Below are positions 1 through 13,013 of a DNA stretch of 64,000 nt, piece after piece (the stretch's first letter is position 1; each line of letters opens with the position of its first letter). Location of the stretch: contig MU058103.1 of assembly GCA_013265495.1 (NCBI GenBank), positions 498,001-562,000 on the forward strand, in the 5' to 3' direction. The notes under the pieces are model-generated. The model was not told where the DNA came from, ran no database searches, and saw only the letters and a program-made list of their open reading frames with translations. The stretch comes from Vicugna vicugna (taxonomy: Eukaryota). The translations under genes and the position numbers were made by a program.

Positions 1-2049
1 TGCTATTTTTACTTTCATTTTTATCTTGAATTTACTGATAAAAAGGAACCAGTAGATAATTTTTGAACATAGTTTTATATCTGGCATTTTCTGAAATTGT
101 ATGATTTCTATTAATTGTCCTATTATAAATCATGTATCTTTTTTTTTTAATTTGAGTCTATATTTTTTTTTGTCTGGGTGCATTAGCCTGGATTCTTTGT
201 ACAATGTTGAACAACAATGATGATAGTAAACATTTTTTATCTTGTTCTTGATCTCCAAAGAACAAATTCTTTAGATTTTTTGGCACATTGTTTACATTAA
301 CTTTATTTGAAAAAATAACTGATGTTAATATGAAAATAAATTTTAAAACTTTAACAAACCTGTGGCACAAAAGGAATAAATATTTTACACTGAGAGCTTA
401 CGTTTGAGTATAGTTCTCAAAAATGTAATTTAAGAAAAGATAAAATATTATGTAAAACAAAATGCCATTTTATGAGACTCTCTCAAAACAAGAAAAGTTT
501 CATTCTACATGTCACTAAGAATAGCCCTGAAGCCTTTGCCTCTCCATCTTGGAATAGTTTAGCTTTATATTAAGTTCTATAATATTTTCATTAAAATATT
601 TCAGGTAATAAATTCTTTGGCTAAAATATTTGAATCTGGACTAGAAGATCTTTTGATAAGCAAGGCATTTAACTTCTAATCTACATTACTTCATTAAGAT
701 TATTAAAAATTAAATAAAATAATAAAAGTAAAGACCATGTCACATAGTTTCCATTCCTCTCTTTTCTCTCATTAGCAAAAGCATCTATGACTTCCTTTAC
801 TTACACAAATGACTATTAAGATGAATGAATATAAAATTATTACATCAACAAAAGAGATGATGTAGGGAAGACTTTATTTTCTTGTGCTTGTTGGTTTTAA
901 GAACTTTTAAAAATTTTAGCCATAAACTCTGTACCAATAATTTCTGAAAATTGTATGTAACATCTCTACATCTTTTTTTTAAAATTTCCTTCATGAAATT
1001 AAAGGGAAGCCCTAGAAACATCACTGATCTAAAATAGTTCATTGCCCCTCCTTACCTAACCCTTTGTCTTTCCTGACCCTGAAGTAAAATAAAACCTCAA
1101 TACAAAAAGTTTCTCAGTGCCAGGGCAAAGAGACATGCAAAATATTCTTTGCAGAGCTAATAAAATAATGACAATTAGAAATCTGGAAAGTAATTCATAA
1201 GAATCTGTATATGTGATTATGTTGTATATGTTTGTGTGTGCACTTGTGTGTTCTTTTTAATTACTACATTTTTATAAGTGGCACCCACTTCAGGTGGATG
1301 TCCTTTCTAAGGATCTCAGTCATCAAGTGCTTCAATTTCCAGGAAATAGCATTTGACATAATTCAGAGAGAAAGATGTCTGAAACTTACTTACACCTTTT
1401 TCATTCTATCTCCTGTTGTGCTTTGACATGTACTACCAACATTGTTCTGTTGCCTACAATTTGCATCCATGTAAATCATAGTAAGAAGAAAGCATCTTTG
1501 CCCCTGTGCTGTGCAGAGCTGCTGAGGCATCACTTCAGATCAGGCAGAAAGCACAGAATCAGAAGTGAGCCTGCCATGGTGCTCTATTCATTATTTTGTT
1601 AGCAGCATTAATGCTAAGCAAAGTGCTTTCATGGCCATAGTCTCTGTTAATGCTCACAGCAGATCCATAGGTAAGCAAGACAGAAACCATAAGCTTCATT
1701 TGACATTGAGAAAGGTGAAGTTCACAAAAGTTACGTGTTCTGTTTGAGGTTACAGACTAGAAAGTAGCTGAGGTGTGATCTACAACCAAATATTCTCTTC
1801 TATTTTAATATCCTTTCCCAAAACCAAGGAAGAAATGTGTATCAATGTTTCACTCCTTTCTTCAGCTTGGCATCGTGGAAGCTTAGAGAACTGTGTTTAA
1901 TAAAGGAACAAATGGTAACACTTCAGAATGACTTTTAAAAATAAATTTAAAGGATAGCTTAAATATTTATTTTAACTCAAATCTTTCCAAAATATCTTAC
2001 GATACTTGAAGTGCTGTCTACATGTTATTTGTATCAGGTGTACATTCAG

Positions 2050-2447
2050 ATATTTGAATGAGTCAGAGTTCAGCATGAGAAGAAACTGGAAAGAGATATT
2101 GTCAGATTTGTCAGATTTTTTAAAGAAATTGACTGATGTGACTGAGGGTCTTGCTAGGCAAACTTGAAATCCATAGAGTTGGGGTATCAGGAAGGGCAAG
2201 CTGGACCTCTAGGGCATGAGTGGCTGCTGCTGACCACAGATAGAATTTCTGTTCTGCTGTGAAGGCCTTTTAGTTGGTTGAACTGAGCCCCCCCCAGGCT
2301 ACCTAGAATAAAGCCCTTATCTAAAGTCAAGTGTTTATGGAATTTAATTATATTTACAGAATGTCTTTAGAGCCAACACCTAACTTAGTGTTTGAATTCC
2401 TGGGAACTGTAGCCTGGCCAGGTTGACTCATCAAAAAAACCATCATG
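2050..2447 (-). mobile_element. MLT2-type (ERVL) solo LTR, old
   Basis: Ends in ...gtagcctggccaggttgactcatcaaaaaaaccatca, matching the reverse complement of the MLT2 start (TGTGATGGTTAATTTTATGTGTCAAC-like). Internal 'ttttaaagaaattgactgatgtgact' and 'ctaaagtcaagtg' blocks also fit. Left boundary approximate. Confidence 0.7.
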
Positions 2448-3422
2448 ATGTTGAAGTACAATCTGCATAGACTTTTTAGAAGCAACACGGACTGCCTTGG
2501 GGATCAAGGAGAAATTTTAGATCATCAGTTCTGACAGTTACTTGCTAATTATATTTTTTCAAGCCTTTCTCAGCCATCTTTCCCCATCTGTCACATGGGC
2601 ATGATCTTAAGCTGATTGACAAATGTTCCTAAGATGATATGAGATGATTATTCACCTATGAAGTCTTCCTCAAAATTCTAATCTAAATTAGGTGTCCGTC
2701 TTTTACTCTTATGTAGCACCAGCTATTTTTCTTCAGATCAGTTGGTTCAGTGGGGAACTGTATATATAATTGTGTGTATTTATTTATATTTGACTCTCTT
2801 CTTCAATTATAAGCTTCAGGATCTTATGTAGCATGTTTCTTTTTGCTTACCATTGTGTCTCTGTAAATTTTCTTCCAACTATGCCATTCTCTAGGAAGTT
2901 CAATAACAGATCTCAAAATGCTGGATGTAAAGACATATAAATAGTCTTTGAGCTTCATCAAGTGCTAAGGGCTGTAGGAAATCAGGCTATCCCTAAAGCA
3001 GCAGAAACCTCTGACCTAAAGTTAATTTGATTGGGTAGAATCTATTAAATATTGCAAAATAAACTAAAATCTCTGTTTTAAGCTTTTGTGGTATAGATTA
3101 TGACAGTTTATTCAATTGGTACCAATGAGAAATAACTGAGCTCTGTTTCTATCTTCTCTGAACCATGAAATACAATTTAAAATTTGCTCTTTCAAATTAA
3201 AATCAAGGGGAAGAAAGACAAAAACTGGAAAAAACAAGCAAGAGAGAAGTTCTTGTTCTCCAAGCCTGCTGTCTAAAATCTGAGCTAGCAGAGTCCTCTG
3301 ACAGCTGTCATTGCAAATCAAATGCCCCGATAAGCAGAACCCTCTTCAATCCAGCAGTGCTGACATGGTTCAGAGAAGATTATGTCTGATAATACAAATT
3401 CAAATAATAACAACTTTGTTAC

Positions 3423-3580
3423 CTCCTGTTCATCACTTCCACTGATTGCCAAAAGGACTGGTCCTGTCTTGGAAGTGGGATTTGATGTATGAACATCAGT
3501 CAGAAAAATGCTCCCTGACCCAAGGGTATTTACATCAAATACCTCAAACTTCTTCCACTCTGGAAGATTAAGAAAGCCAC
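3423..3580 (-). other. Candidate internal exon (158 nt), product unknown
   Basis: Minus-strand acceptor tgttttgtacctccttgcag|G and donor GAG|gtaaca. One open frame (phase 1 to phase 0): GFLNLPEWKKFEVFDVNTLGSGSIFLTDVHTSNPTSKTGPVLLAISGSDEQE. No homology recognised. Confidence 0.2.
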
Positions 3581-6414
3581 CTGCAAGGAGGTACAAAACA
3601 TGATTGAATTTGCTCAGGGTCGTGTCACTAGGTGACTTGGGCATTGGACATGACAATTTCGTTCCCCAGTCCCCTGCACTAGTAATGACGGCGTTCTTCA
3701 TTCTGAGTTGGACTAAAAGATCAAAACTAGGGGACAGGGGACACTATGACATTCCCTCTCTTTTTCAAATCATCACGTTCTAGAAAAGAAGCAGAATTTT
3801 AAAATATGCTCATGACAGAATAAGTATATGATTTCTGAGATGAGGATATCCAGGAAAAGATACAACAAAGAAAAACATAAGGATACAGATGAGAGGGCAA
3901 CAGAGGGAGGTAAGATAGGTTTTCCTGAATGGTGGGATACAAAAGCAGTATGAAAATAACATGCTTCAACGTTGCCCTTGCTTTTTAAAATGTGTGAATT
4001 AACAAGGTGCCTGTATTATAAAACTGAATAAAGAATTAATTTTAATTATATGATTATGTTGCAGGAGCTTTTATTTTTAGATTCTTTTTAATTGTAAGAT
4101 ATCTTAATATAATTATAATACAATATAATTTATTAAAAAACTCATTTATGTAGAACTATTGAGAAATATATCTCTTGTCTAAAGTAAGCTACACTGGGAC
4201 ATGCCTGGACACGTCTCAGAAAAATTATCAGAATCCAAAGGCATAGCCTGTCACTCGTGGCTGTTTTTCTCATGTTTAGTTCACCTTGGCTGCGCCTACA
4301 GATGGTTGATTCCGTCGTAGTATAATAGTGAGCACACACTCCTAGGAAGTGGATGGTTTATGTATAATTCTAACTTTAGCCCTGGATTTTAGCAAGTCAG
4401 GCGCCTTTTCACAAGCTGTAAAATGGAGATCAGAAGACAGATTCAACTTACCTTACTATGCAGTTTTCAAATAGTGAATATAGACATACTTAAAGAACTG
4501 TACTATATGTTCCTTATTTATTACAATAATTAATTTTAACAAACTGTGGCTTAAGATTTGATTGTATTTTCTCCTTTGTTAAAACATCCATTGTTTCATT
4601 CTCTTCTTTATATGCTGCACTGTTCTTTTCTTTAATGTCAAGTGGCCAATTCAGGTGTGAGTCTTCGTGATTCCTTGCTAAGGCAACTTGTTCATTTGCT
4701 TAGCACGTTCTATTTTTCTTTTCTGTGTCCTCATGTTTATGCAGTTTGGCAGGGCTCTAAATTGAATGCCATTTCCCAAACACATTTTCCTAGATTTGCA
4801 TGGAAAGAACCAATATTATCTCCCTTTTCAAACTCGGTATAAATTGCCTTTGTCTTTTTGATACCATGTCATGTTGTAAAGTTACACCCAATTTGTGTGT
4901 TTAGAATGCCAAGTGAATCTGAGCTGGGAATTTAGAGATCTGGGTTCTAGTCCTAATTTTGTCACTAACTCCCCTGACTCAAGGAATATAACTCATTAAT
5001 TCATTCATTTAGATCAATTTGTATTAAGAGAGCCCTAAGAGGATGCAAAAATGAATAAAACACAGTTTTTGTTCTCATTGAATTTGCAGTCTAATGATAA
5101 AAACATGCAAATAAATCAGCAAAGTACCCAATGGTCATTGAAGTCTTTGAAAAACATATGAGAACACTGGATAGACCATGAGGAGTTCTGCCTACAGAGT
5201 TTGTTAGAACAGTAGGCATTTTTTGAACTGGGTCTTAGAAGCTGAAATATGTTGCCAGGAACAAAAAACAGAAGTATACTTTAAGTAGTAGTGCATGGAT
5301 ATTTTGTGGAGCAAGAAGGAGAAACTGTCACAATGAGGCGGGAGAGGTAGGAGGGGTGATTTAATGTGAAGTTGGAGCTTATAGCTCATGAGTGCATGGG
5401 CACTATCACCTGTGCTCCAGAGCCTGTCCTCTTACCTGGATGACTTTGTCTCCTTAGTGAACCCCTCTCTCTCCTGCCACATCAACTTTAGAACCCTTGT
5501 TTTTCTTATTATCACTAAAGAAATTAATACTTCTGTATTTATTTGTATGATGTTTTGGGGTTTTTTTGCCATAGCATATGTCTCTCACCAGATATACCAT
5601 GAGATTAGATTTCGTGTGTATTTCATTATTATATGACCAGCATCTTTCATATAAACGATAGATATATTTTTGAAAGAATGTATAAATCAAGACTTGCAGA
5701 ACAGGAGCATATTCATATTCCCTGCAAGAGATGTGCATGATTCTCTTTCTGTTATTTCTGCTTTAGAATGATCACAGCAATAGCAGCATGTGAGAGGTCA
5801 AGTGGAGGGGGAAGACACAAGGCATGCCTAGCAAAAAGCAAAACGGTTATTTAACACGTGTAAATTTAATAAACAATTATCTTTTCATGAAATGGCTAAT
5901 AAATATGCACAGTGAAAAAGATGTCAACATCTGGCAACTAGTAGTTTGTTTTCCTGTTTGGATGCTGTGTCACCGTGGGCATCTTAATCTTTCTGTATGT
6001 CAAGTTCTTCACCTTTAAAGTTAAGCAATTAAAATGTAATTATCTCTAAATCCCTGTGTAGGTTTAACATGCCATGTGACAAAATAGTTGATCAAGTAAT
6101 ATTAGGTATATAAAAATGGAAATATAAATGGAAAACATTTCAGAAGACATATATACCCTTATATAATGGCATGTATTTTCAAATACATAACTAGTATTGA
6201 ATGATCAGTCTTGGATTATCTTTTTTTTTTTTCTTAAACCATGCTACATTTGTGTCTGGGCATAGTTTTTCCACTGGGATATTAGATGCAAGTGTGCCAA
6301 TGTGTTACGCTTTTTCACAGTGAAGTCTGTCATGTCTGGTTGTTCAAGTTGTGTACTACACAAAAGAGGCACATCTCAGGGAAGTGCCATTCCCCTTATA
6401 TGCACACCCCGCAA

Positions 6415-6955
6415 AAAAGGAAAAAAAACAAGCTTTTAGTTACAGATACAGAAAGCAGATTGGTGATTGCCAGTGGTAGGGGTAGGGGTGTGTGAAATGA
6501 ATAAAGGGGGTCAAAAGGTACAAACTTCAAGTTATAAAATAAATAAGTCGTGAGGATGTAATGTACAGCATGGTGATTAGTTGTTAGAACTGTACAGTCA
6601 GCCCTCCATACCAGCACTTGTCGAACCCCCAGATACACAGGGCTGACTATACTACATCATTTTGTGTGAGTGACTTGGGCATCTGTGGATTTTGGCATTT
6701 GTTGGGCTGGGGGTCCTGGAACCAACAGCCTACAGATACTGTAGGGATGACTATATTACATATTTGGAAATTGCTGAGAGAGAAGAGCTTAAACGTTCTC
6801 ATCACAAAGGAAAAAGTTCTGCAACTGTGTATGAGGACAGATGTTAACTAGACTTATTGTGGTGATCATTTTGCTATATATAAACATATAAAATATTTAT
6901 GTTGTACACCTGAAAGTAATGTAATGTTATATGTCAATTGTATCTCAATCAAAAA
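6415..6955 (+). mobile_element. L1 3' end (L1MA9-like), interrupted by a Tigger MITE
   Basis: Contains 'aaaaggtacaaacttcaagttataaaataaataagtc...gatgtaatgtacagcatggtga' and 'gatgttaactagacttattgtggtgatcatttt...gttgtacacctgaaagtaatgtaatgttatatgtcaattgtatctcaat', the recalled L1MA9-type 3' UTR. Confidence 0.85.
6595..6753. mobile_element. Tigger-family MITE (Tigger4/MER46-like) nested in the L1
   Basis: Termini cagtcagccctc... and ...gtagggatgacta are imperfect TIRs. TA on both sides (6593-6594, 6754-6755). The L1 sequence resumes directly across it. Confidence 0.75.
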
Positions 6956-7102
6956 TAATTAAGATGCATGCATTGATCCTAATTATCTGATAAAATACTC
7001 TTGCTGCTATTCAGGATCTGTATTTCAGTTAAAGAACAAAATGTATTTATTTCCTCAAACAATCTAGAAGGATATTTACAATGTGAATTATGAGTAAGTT
7101 TT

Positions 7103-7903
7103 GAGTAAGCTGCCCTTCACTAAGGTTTTACTTTCCGTAGTTCCAGTTACCCATGGTTAACGTTTTTCTGAAATTTTAAATGGAAAATTCCAGAAATAAA
7201 CCACTTGTAAGTTTTAAATTGTATGCCCTTCCAGGTAGCATGATGAAATCTCAAAACATCCCACTCAGGACATGAATCATTCTTTTGTCCAGCATATCCC
7301 ACCCACTAGTCACTTAGTAGCTGTCTAGGTTATCAGGTTGACTGTTGAAGTGTCATAGTGCTTGTGTTCAAGTAACCCTCATATTACTTAGTAATGACCC
7401 CAAAGTACAAGAGTATAGATGTTGGCAATTAAGACTTGCCAAAGAGAAACTGGAAAGTGCTTCCTTTAAGTGAAAAGTTGAAAGTTCTCAACTTAATAAG
7501 GAAAGAAAAAAAAATTATATGCTAAAGTTGCAAAGAACTATGGTAAGGACAAATCTATCCACAAAATTGTGAAGAAAGACAAATAAATTAATTTTAGCTT
7601 TGCTGTGTTATCTCAAACTGCAAACGTTACAGCTGTAGTGTGTGAGAAGTGCTTTAAATTTGTAGAATAAGATATTTTGAAAGAGACCATGTTCACATAA
7701 CTTTATTACAGTATATTGTTATAATTTTCTATTTTATTAGTTATTGTTAATCTTTTTTGTGCCCAATTTAGAAATTAAACTTCATCATCAGAATGTATGT
7801 ATAGGAAAAAGCTTAGTGTGTGTGAGGTTCAGTGCTATCCATGGTCTCAGGCATGACCTGAGGGTCTTGGAAGTGGCTTCCTGCGGATAAGAGGAGACTG
7901 TTG
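7103..7903 (+). mobile_element. MER44-type (Tigger7 family) DNA transposon remnant
   Basis: 'cagttacccatggttaac...aaatggaaaattccagaaataaa...taagttttaaattg' and terminal 'gggtcttggaa...cctgcggataagaggagactgttg|ta' match the recalled MER44 consensus. Confidence 0.8.
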
Positions 7904-9681
7904 TATTCAGATATGAGTAAGCAATGGTGTCCTTGCTCATAAAGCTCATCATCAAAAGCGCAAACGTTAGTGTGAATGTGTCTGTCCTTTTAAATTCCTT
8001 AGGTGTGTTTCCTGAAGCTAAATGTTGTTACCAGCTGTTTACTAAAGGTTCCCAAGGTTTGGTTTGCTTTTGTTTATTCCACCAACAAAAACTGATGAAT
8101 ATAGTGATATGAAAAATCACATAAGTGCACTTAGGAAAAGTATACTGAATCATTAATTTTCATACCAAAAAAAGAAGTTAAAATTCATCATTTGTTGAGC
8201 ACTAACCCTATGCCAGGCATGAGTTAAGGGAATCTCCTCTCTCCAAGAGTTTTGTGAAGTCATCAGTAATGATATCCTTGTTTCAAAAATCAGGAAATTG
8301 AGCATCACAGGAGTTAAGTCATCCTATTCTCAGGACACTGCTCTGAACTTTCAGCTGTATTTTATTAATTGTAGCTTGTCCTGGGATAATCCTACCATAA
8401 ATATAAACAGAGCAGTATCCTGAGAGTAGGATGCTTTTTAGATTTCTAAGTTCAGCTCTACAACTTTCTACTAAATAGACAACAGACACATAATCTATTT
8501 TCTGTGCATCTCAATTTTCTCATGTATCAAGCAGAGTAACTTGTCAATGTCTTGTGAATATTAAATTAAATAATCCTTGTAAATCACTTAGTACAATGCC
8601 TATAACATAGTGATCACTCCCTGCAGGCTCCTTCACTCCCCTAACCCAGCCCTAGAACTGTGAATCCAATTATGATACACATTTCTCATTGGACACTTAC
8701 TGGACATCTGTCAATGAAGGTCATTTTCATCTCAAATTCCATAACCTTGTGGGCAAGTACAGATCCCCAGGAGTTGAAATATAGATAAACACACATTTTA
8801 AAAAATATCTCTGTAAATTCAAGAGCACATAAAATTTGAGTATATTTTGAATGTTGTTCAGTTCTTCAGATTTTAATATAAAATGTGGTTCCAAAGACTA
8901 CCTTAGCAATTACAGGTCCTTCATTACTTAAAAAGGTTAGTACTTCTCGATTGTCTCCTACTAAATGATGAATATAGAAGAAAGGATGTCTATTAATTAT
9001 ATGGAAATATTTATTAGTTTTATATCATAATTGATTTTTTGTTGTTGTTGGGGCTAGTTGTTTCCTGGAACATCAGTCCCCTTGATACGTTAATGAAAAC
9101 TCATGTGGCTCTCAGGAGAGGAAACCTTCAGTCTCCTTTGCCAGAATCAGTTTTCTCTTTCTTTTATGCTGCCTTGAGCTTTTCCTGAGTAAAGCATGTG
9201 CCATTCATTTCTTTTAGTATGATTTTTGTTGATCTATATTTAATGTAGTGAATTTTTTCTTCATCTTCTGTTTTTCATAAAGTCATGATTAAAAATGTCA
9301 AGATCTTGCATGGTGCATTTTCTGTTGTTTTTTTTTTTTTTCCCCTCAGTGCTAGTCTTGTTCTTTATACCTATGCTCTATAAAATAGTGATACTTATCA
9401 GAAAACCTCTTTAGAAATATACACAAATACTTCTACTCTTCCTTTATTTTCATTATATGTCATTTTCTGCTTTTATCATTGTTTTTGATACTATTAGAAC
9501 GTATGACAAATTATAAAATATCACTCCTACTACCCCTTTCACTTTAGTCTCTAAAGCATAATCTCATATAAGCTTATATTTACTCTACTTATTCAACTAA
9601 AATGCTTCCATTGATAGTAATCACAGAATACAGATTTATTTAAAAGAGTATATTAGGACCTTGTTGATTTAATCATATCGT

Positions 9682-10006
9682 CTGGGGATCAGAAAGCTTT
9701 TCCTATAAAACACAAAATAGTAAATATTTTAGGCCTGCAGGTCATATGATATTTGTTTCAACTAGTCAACTCTGCCCTTGTAATATGAAAGCAGTCAAAG
9801 ACAACACGCAAATGAATGAGTGTCAGTTTAACACAAATTTACAAGTAGACAAAAAATTGAATTTTATATCCTATTCATAGGGTAAAACATGTTATTCTTT
9901 TGATTCTTCTTCTGTTTTTTAAAACTGTAAAATTCAATCCTTGCTCACAGGCTCAAAATGAGACAGTGGCTGTATTTGGCTCCTAGGACTTTGTGTGCTG
10001 ACCTTG
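9682..10006 (+). mobile_element. MER58B-like hAT-Charlie MITE
   Basis: 'atagtaaatattttaggc...caactctgcccttgtaatatgaaagcagtcaaagacaacacgcaaatgaatgagtgt' and end 'ggctgtatttggctcctagg...gctgaccttg'. Confidence 0.75.
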
Positions 10007-10570
10007 ATAGAGGCTACCTCCTCTTTCAGGGGTTTAGCAGTATCATAACACTACATTTATGAAGAGTCTTGGTTTGTACCTACATCTGTGAGGAAGGAAC
10101 TTGAAAAGTATGGAATTGTTTTGAGAATAGATTTTAACCTTTGCTTTCTCTAGGAAAAAAAATCGTGAAAACAATAATTCATTTAAAGTATGGAAGGGGC
10201 TAAAAGCCTGCATCTACTTTTTAAGAGACATTCTCTACTTTGCCCTGTAGTTTTCTACTTTATACTCTTCATGCACAGTATAACTTTTTCTCTGTGTCTT
10301 TTTCTCCACCAAATTGTATTTGCATGTTCCCAGAGCCACAGACGGGAGGGATTATCAACATAAGAAAGGGAATCCCTGGGGGGGCTGGGTCCCCAGTAAT
10401 TAGTCTTCTGCATTCATGAGCACCAGAGCAAGTGTGGTACAGAAAGGGGAGGAGCACTTCTGGCTCCTAGATGACTTGTCTGACCACTGATGTTAAAGTT
10501 TCATATATCACACTGGAAATATATATATATATATATCTCACTATAAAAAGTGATACATAAAATATATCAC

Positions 10571-10689
10571 TATAAAAGTGCTGCCATTTCAGCAGTTGTT
10601 AAGCCTGTGATAAAAATATACTAGTGTGATATCACACAAGGTATTTTTATCAGAGGCTTAACAACTGCTGAAATGGCACCACTTCTATA
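10571..10689. repeat. Near-perfect spacer-less palindrome (~60-bp arms) centred on GAT|ATC
   Basis: Left arm tataaaagtgctgccatttcagcagttgttaagcctgtgataaaaatatactagtgtgat versus reverse complement of right arm tatagaagtggtgccatttcagcagttgttaagcctctgataaaaataccttgtgtgat. Confidence 0.95.
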
Positions 10690-11412
10690 CCAAGAACCCA
10701 CAGAAATAACCACTCCTACATCCCTACTCATTCCCACCTTTACTTCTGTACTACCCAGTCCTGGTCCAGGGAAGACATTGAGAGTCTTTCCCACCATTCT
10801 TTCTCAGGCTGCCTCTTATTCAGTAGAGTGTTCCAGACAGACACTTCTAAGCAATTAGAATTGGCATGCATAGTGCAGAATCATTTGCTATCTCTTCCAT
10901 CTGACTTCCTCTGATATGTTATGATTACTAATATATTAGAACTTGAGAATTACCAATAAATTTCTAACATAAAAAATTCCAACATAGAATGTTATAGCTG
11001 AAAAGAATGTTACTAGTTCAGTTTCCTTATATCATCATGAAACTTGTGGTCTAGAGAGGTAAAGTAATTTATCTAAACTGATACGAAGTATTGTGAATAA
11101 CCCACTGAAACTTGGTCTTTCTTTATGCTTCTTTCTCTAAGTAGCTATTTCTTTATTGCACTGAAGTATAAATTATGAGTAAAATGTTCTCTTTCTTAAT
11201 CTCCTTAGTTAATTTATCATGATAGTCAAGTTGCATGTCAATTTCCCTAAGAAGTATTTTCTGTCTTCTCCATGCACATTGAATTGTTGCCTTCCACTCC
11301 TATAGATGACTTTTCTCCTACCATATTTCAATTTATAGTACTATATTATAATTACTGTAATTATGTGTTTAGTTTCTCTCTTCTTCAAAATGCTGTGAAT
11401 AGCTCCAGTACT

Positions 11413-11760
11413 GCAGTTTAGAGACTGTTACGATGTTCATAAATATCCTGCCCCTCTCCTTCCAAGCACATGGTAGGATTGCACTTCTTTACCGCTTTCC
11501 AAATTAGGCACAGCTTTGTGATCTCAGCCACTTCCACATCCAGAGAGTGACATGCCACATTCTCTTCTCTGACACATGGATTGTGAGAAAATGAGTAAAA
11601 AATGTCAGTGGACTTTTCTAGGCTACTACAGGAACACAGCACACTCCTGCTCACCCAAAATGGGCCAGGTAGCTTGAGAGAAAAAAATTTTAAGCCACAA
11701 GTATTTGAGATCTTTTTTTTTTATTGATCACAGCAAAATCTAGTCTATTCTGACTAATAT
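11413..11760 (+). mobile_element. MLT1 (MaLR; MLT1I/J-like) solo LTR
   Basis: 'ccttccaagcacatggtaggattgcacttc' near the 5' end and 'cacagcaaaatctagtctattctgactaata' at the 3' end. Confidence 0.65.
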
Positions 11761-13013
11761 GTTGATTTTGTCTCATCAGTTCTTATATCCCAGTACCTAA
11801 GGGTTTGGTCCACAACACTACTTTCTGAATTGGTGTTAACGTGCAGTGATTTAGCTGGTTTACATGTTGTTCAGTGAAACACATGTGTATGTTATTTATT
11901 TAATAAATAACATCTCATACAAGGCAAATGTCTACATATTCAAAAATATTTTTGTTACATCTAAAATTTGAACATTTCCCAAATCATTTATAAAAGAGGA
12001 GGCAGGTTGCTGAATTGCTATTTTGAAAAGAGCCCTAGCCTAGAAGCGGAAAAACTTAGATTTTATTCCTGTTTTTTGTTGTTGTTTTGTTTTGTTTTTT
12101 AATTACTGGCTGCAGTACCTTGAATGAGTTATTTAAAATCCCAGGTTTTTTTCCCCATATTCTATATAAGAAAAATACAACTTCTCATATCACAGACTTG
12201 TTAAGAAAAATGAGATAAAAGATGTTAAAGGATTTTTGAAAACTAGAAGGAGTTGTGTGGTAGTACTATAGTTCTAGAGACTTGCTAACTGTATAAATAT
12301 TTTTTAGCATATAGGATGACATGAGCTTTTAATGAATAAAAAGATTGGACTTTCTATCCAATGCAATAAGCTAAGAAAAATATATAGTGTTTATAAATTG
12401 TAAAGTGGAATAAAATAAATCTTTTTTAAGTTAGGGGATTTTCTTCATGCAATGGTCAAAAAATTCAAATAGAATGTGTTAACAAATGAAAAAAATGACA
12501 GGCTCAATAGACATGTATCTCCGCTCCTAACTTAGAAGCCATCTTCTCTCTGAAATGATGTCCATGTTTGGAACAGAAAAAAGACTGTTCTTTTGATGTT
12601 GGTTAAAAGTGAAAACAAAGCATGTAAATAAAACATTCTAAACATTTGTGGAAAAAAATGAAATGACAGTAACTTGAAAAATAGCAAAAAAAAAAATATA
12701 CATGAGAAATAGTTTTCTTTTTATATTTGTAACTGGTTATTCCTTGCATCAATATAAGAAAACATTTATTTATGATAAAAATTTATAAAATGTCCGTGAC
12801 TATAGTTAAGAAACATGTAGTGTTAATATCAAGTACCCCACAGAATATTATTGAGATATTTTATATATTAAGATATATACTATGTATTGAGATATATTAA
12901 TGGAGAGATATATTTGACATTTAATCCGTGACTATAGTTAAGAAACACATAGTGTTAATATCAAGTACCACACAGAATATTATTGAGATATTTTATATAT
13001 TAAGATATATACT

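Noticed and set aside
3318..3701. 127-aa minus-strand ORF as a single-exon gene
   Set aside because: No recognisable homology or promoter context; kept only as a weak internal-exon candidate.
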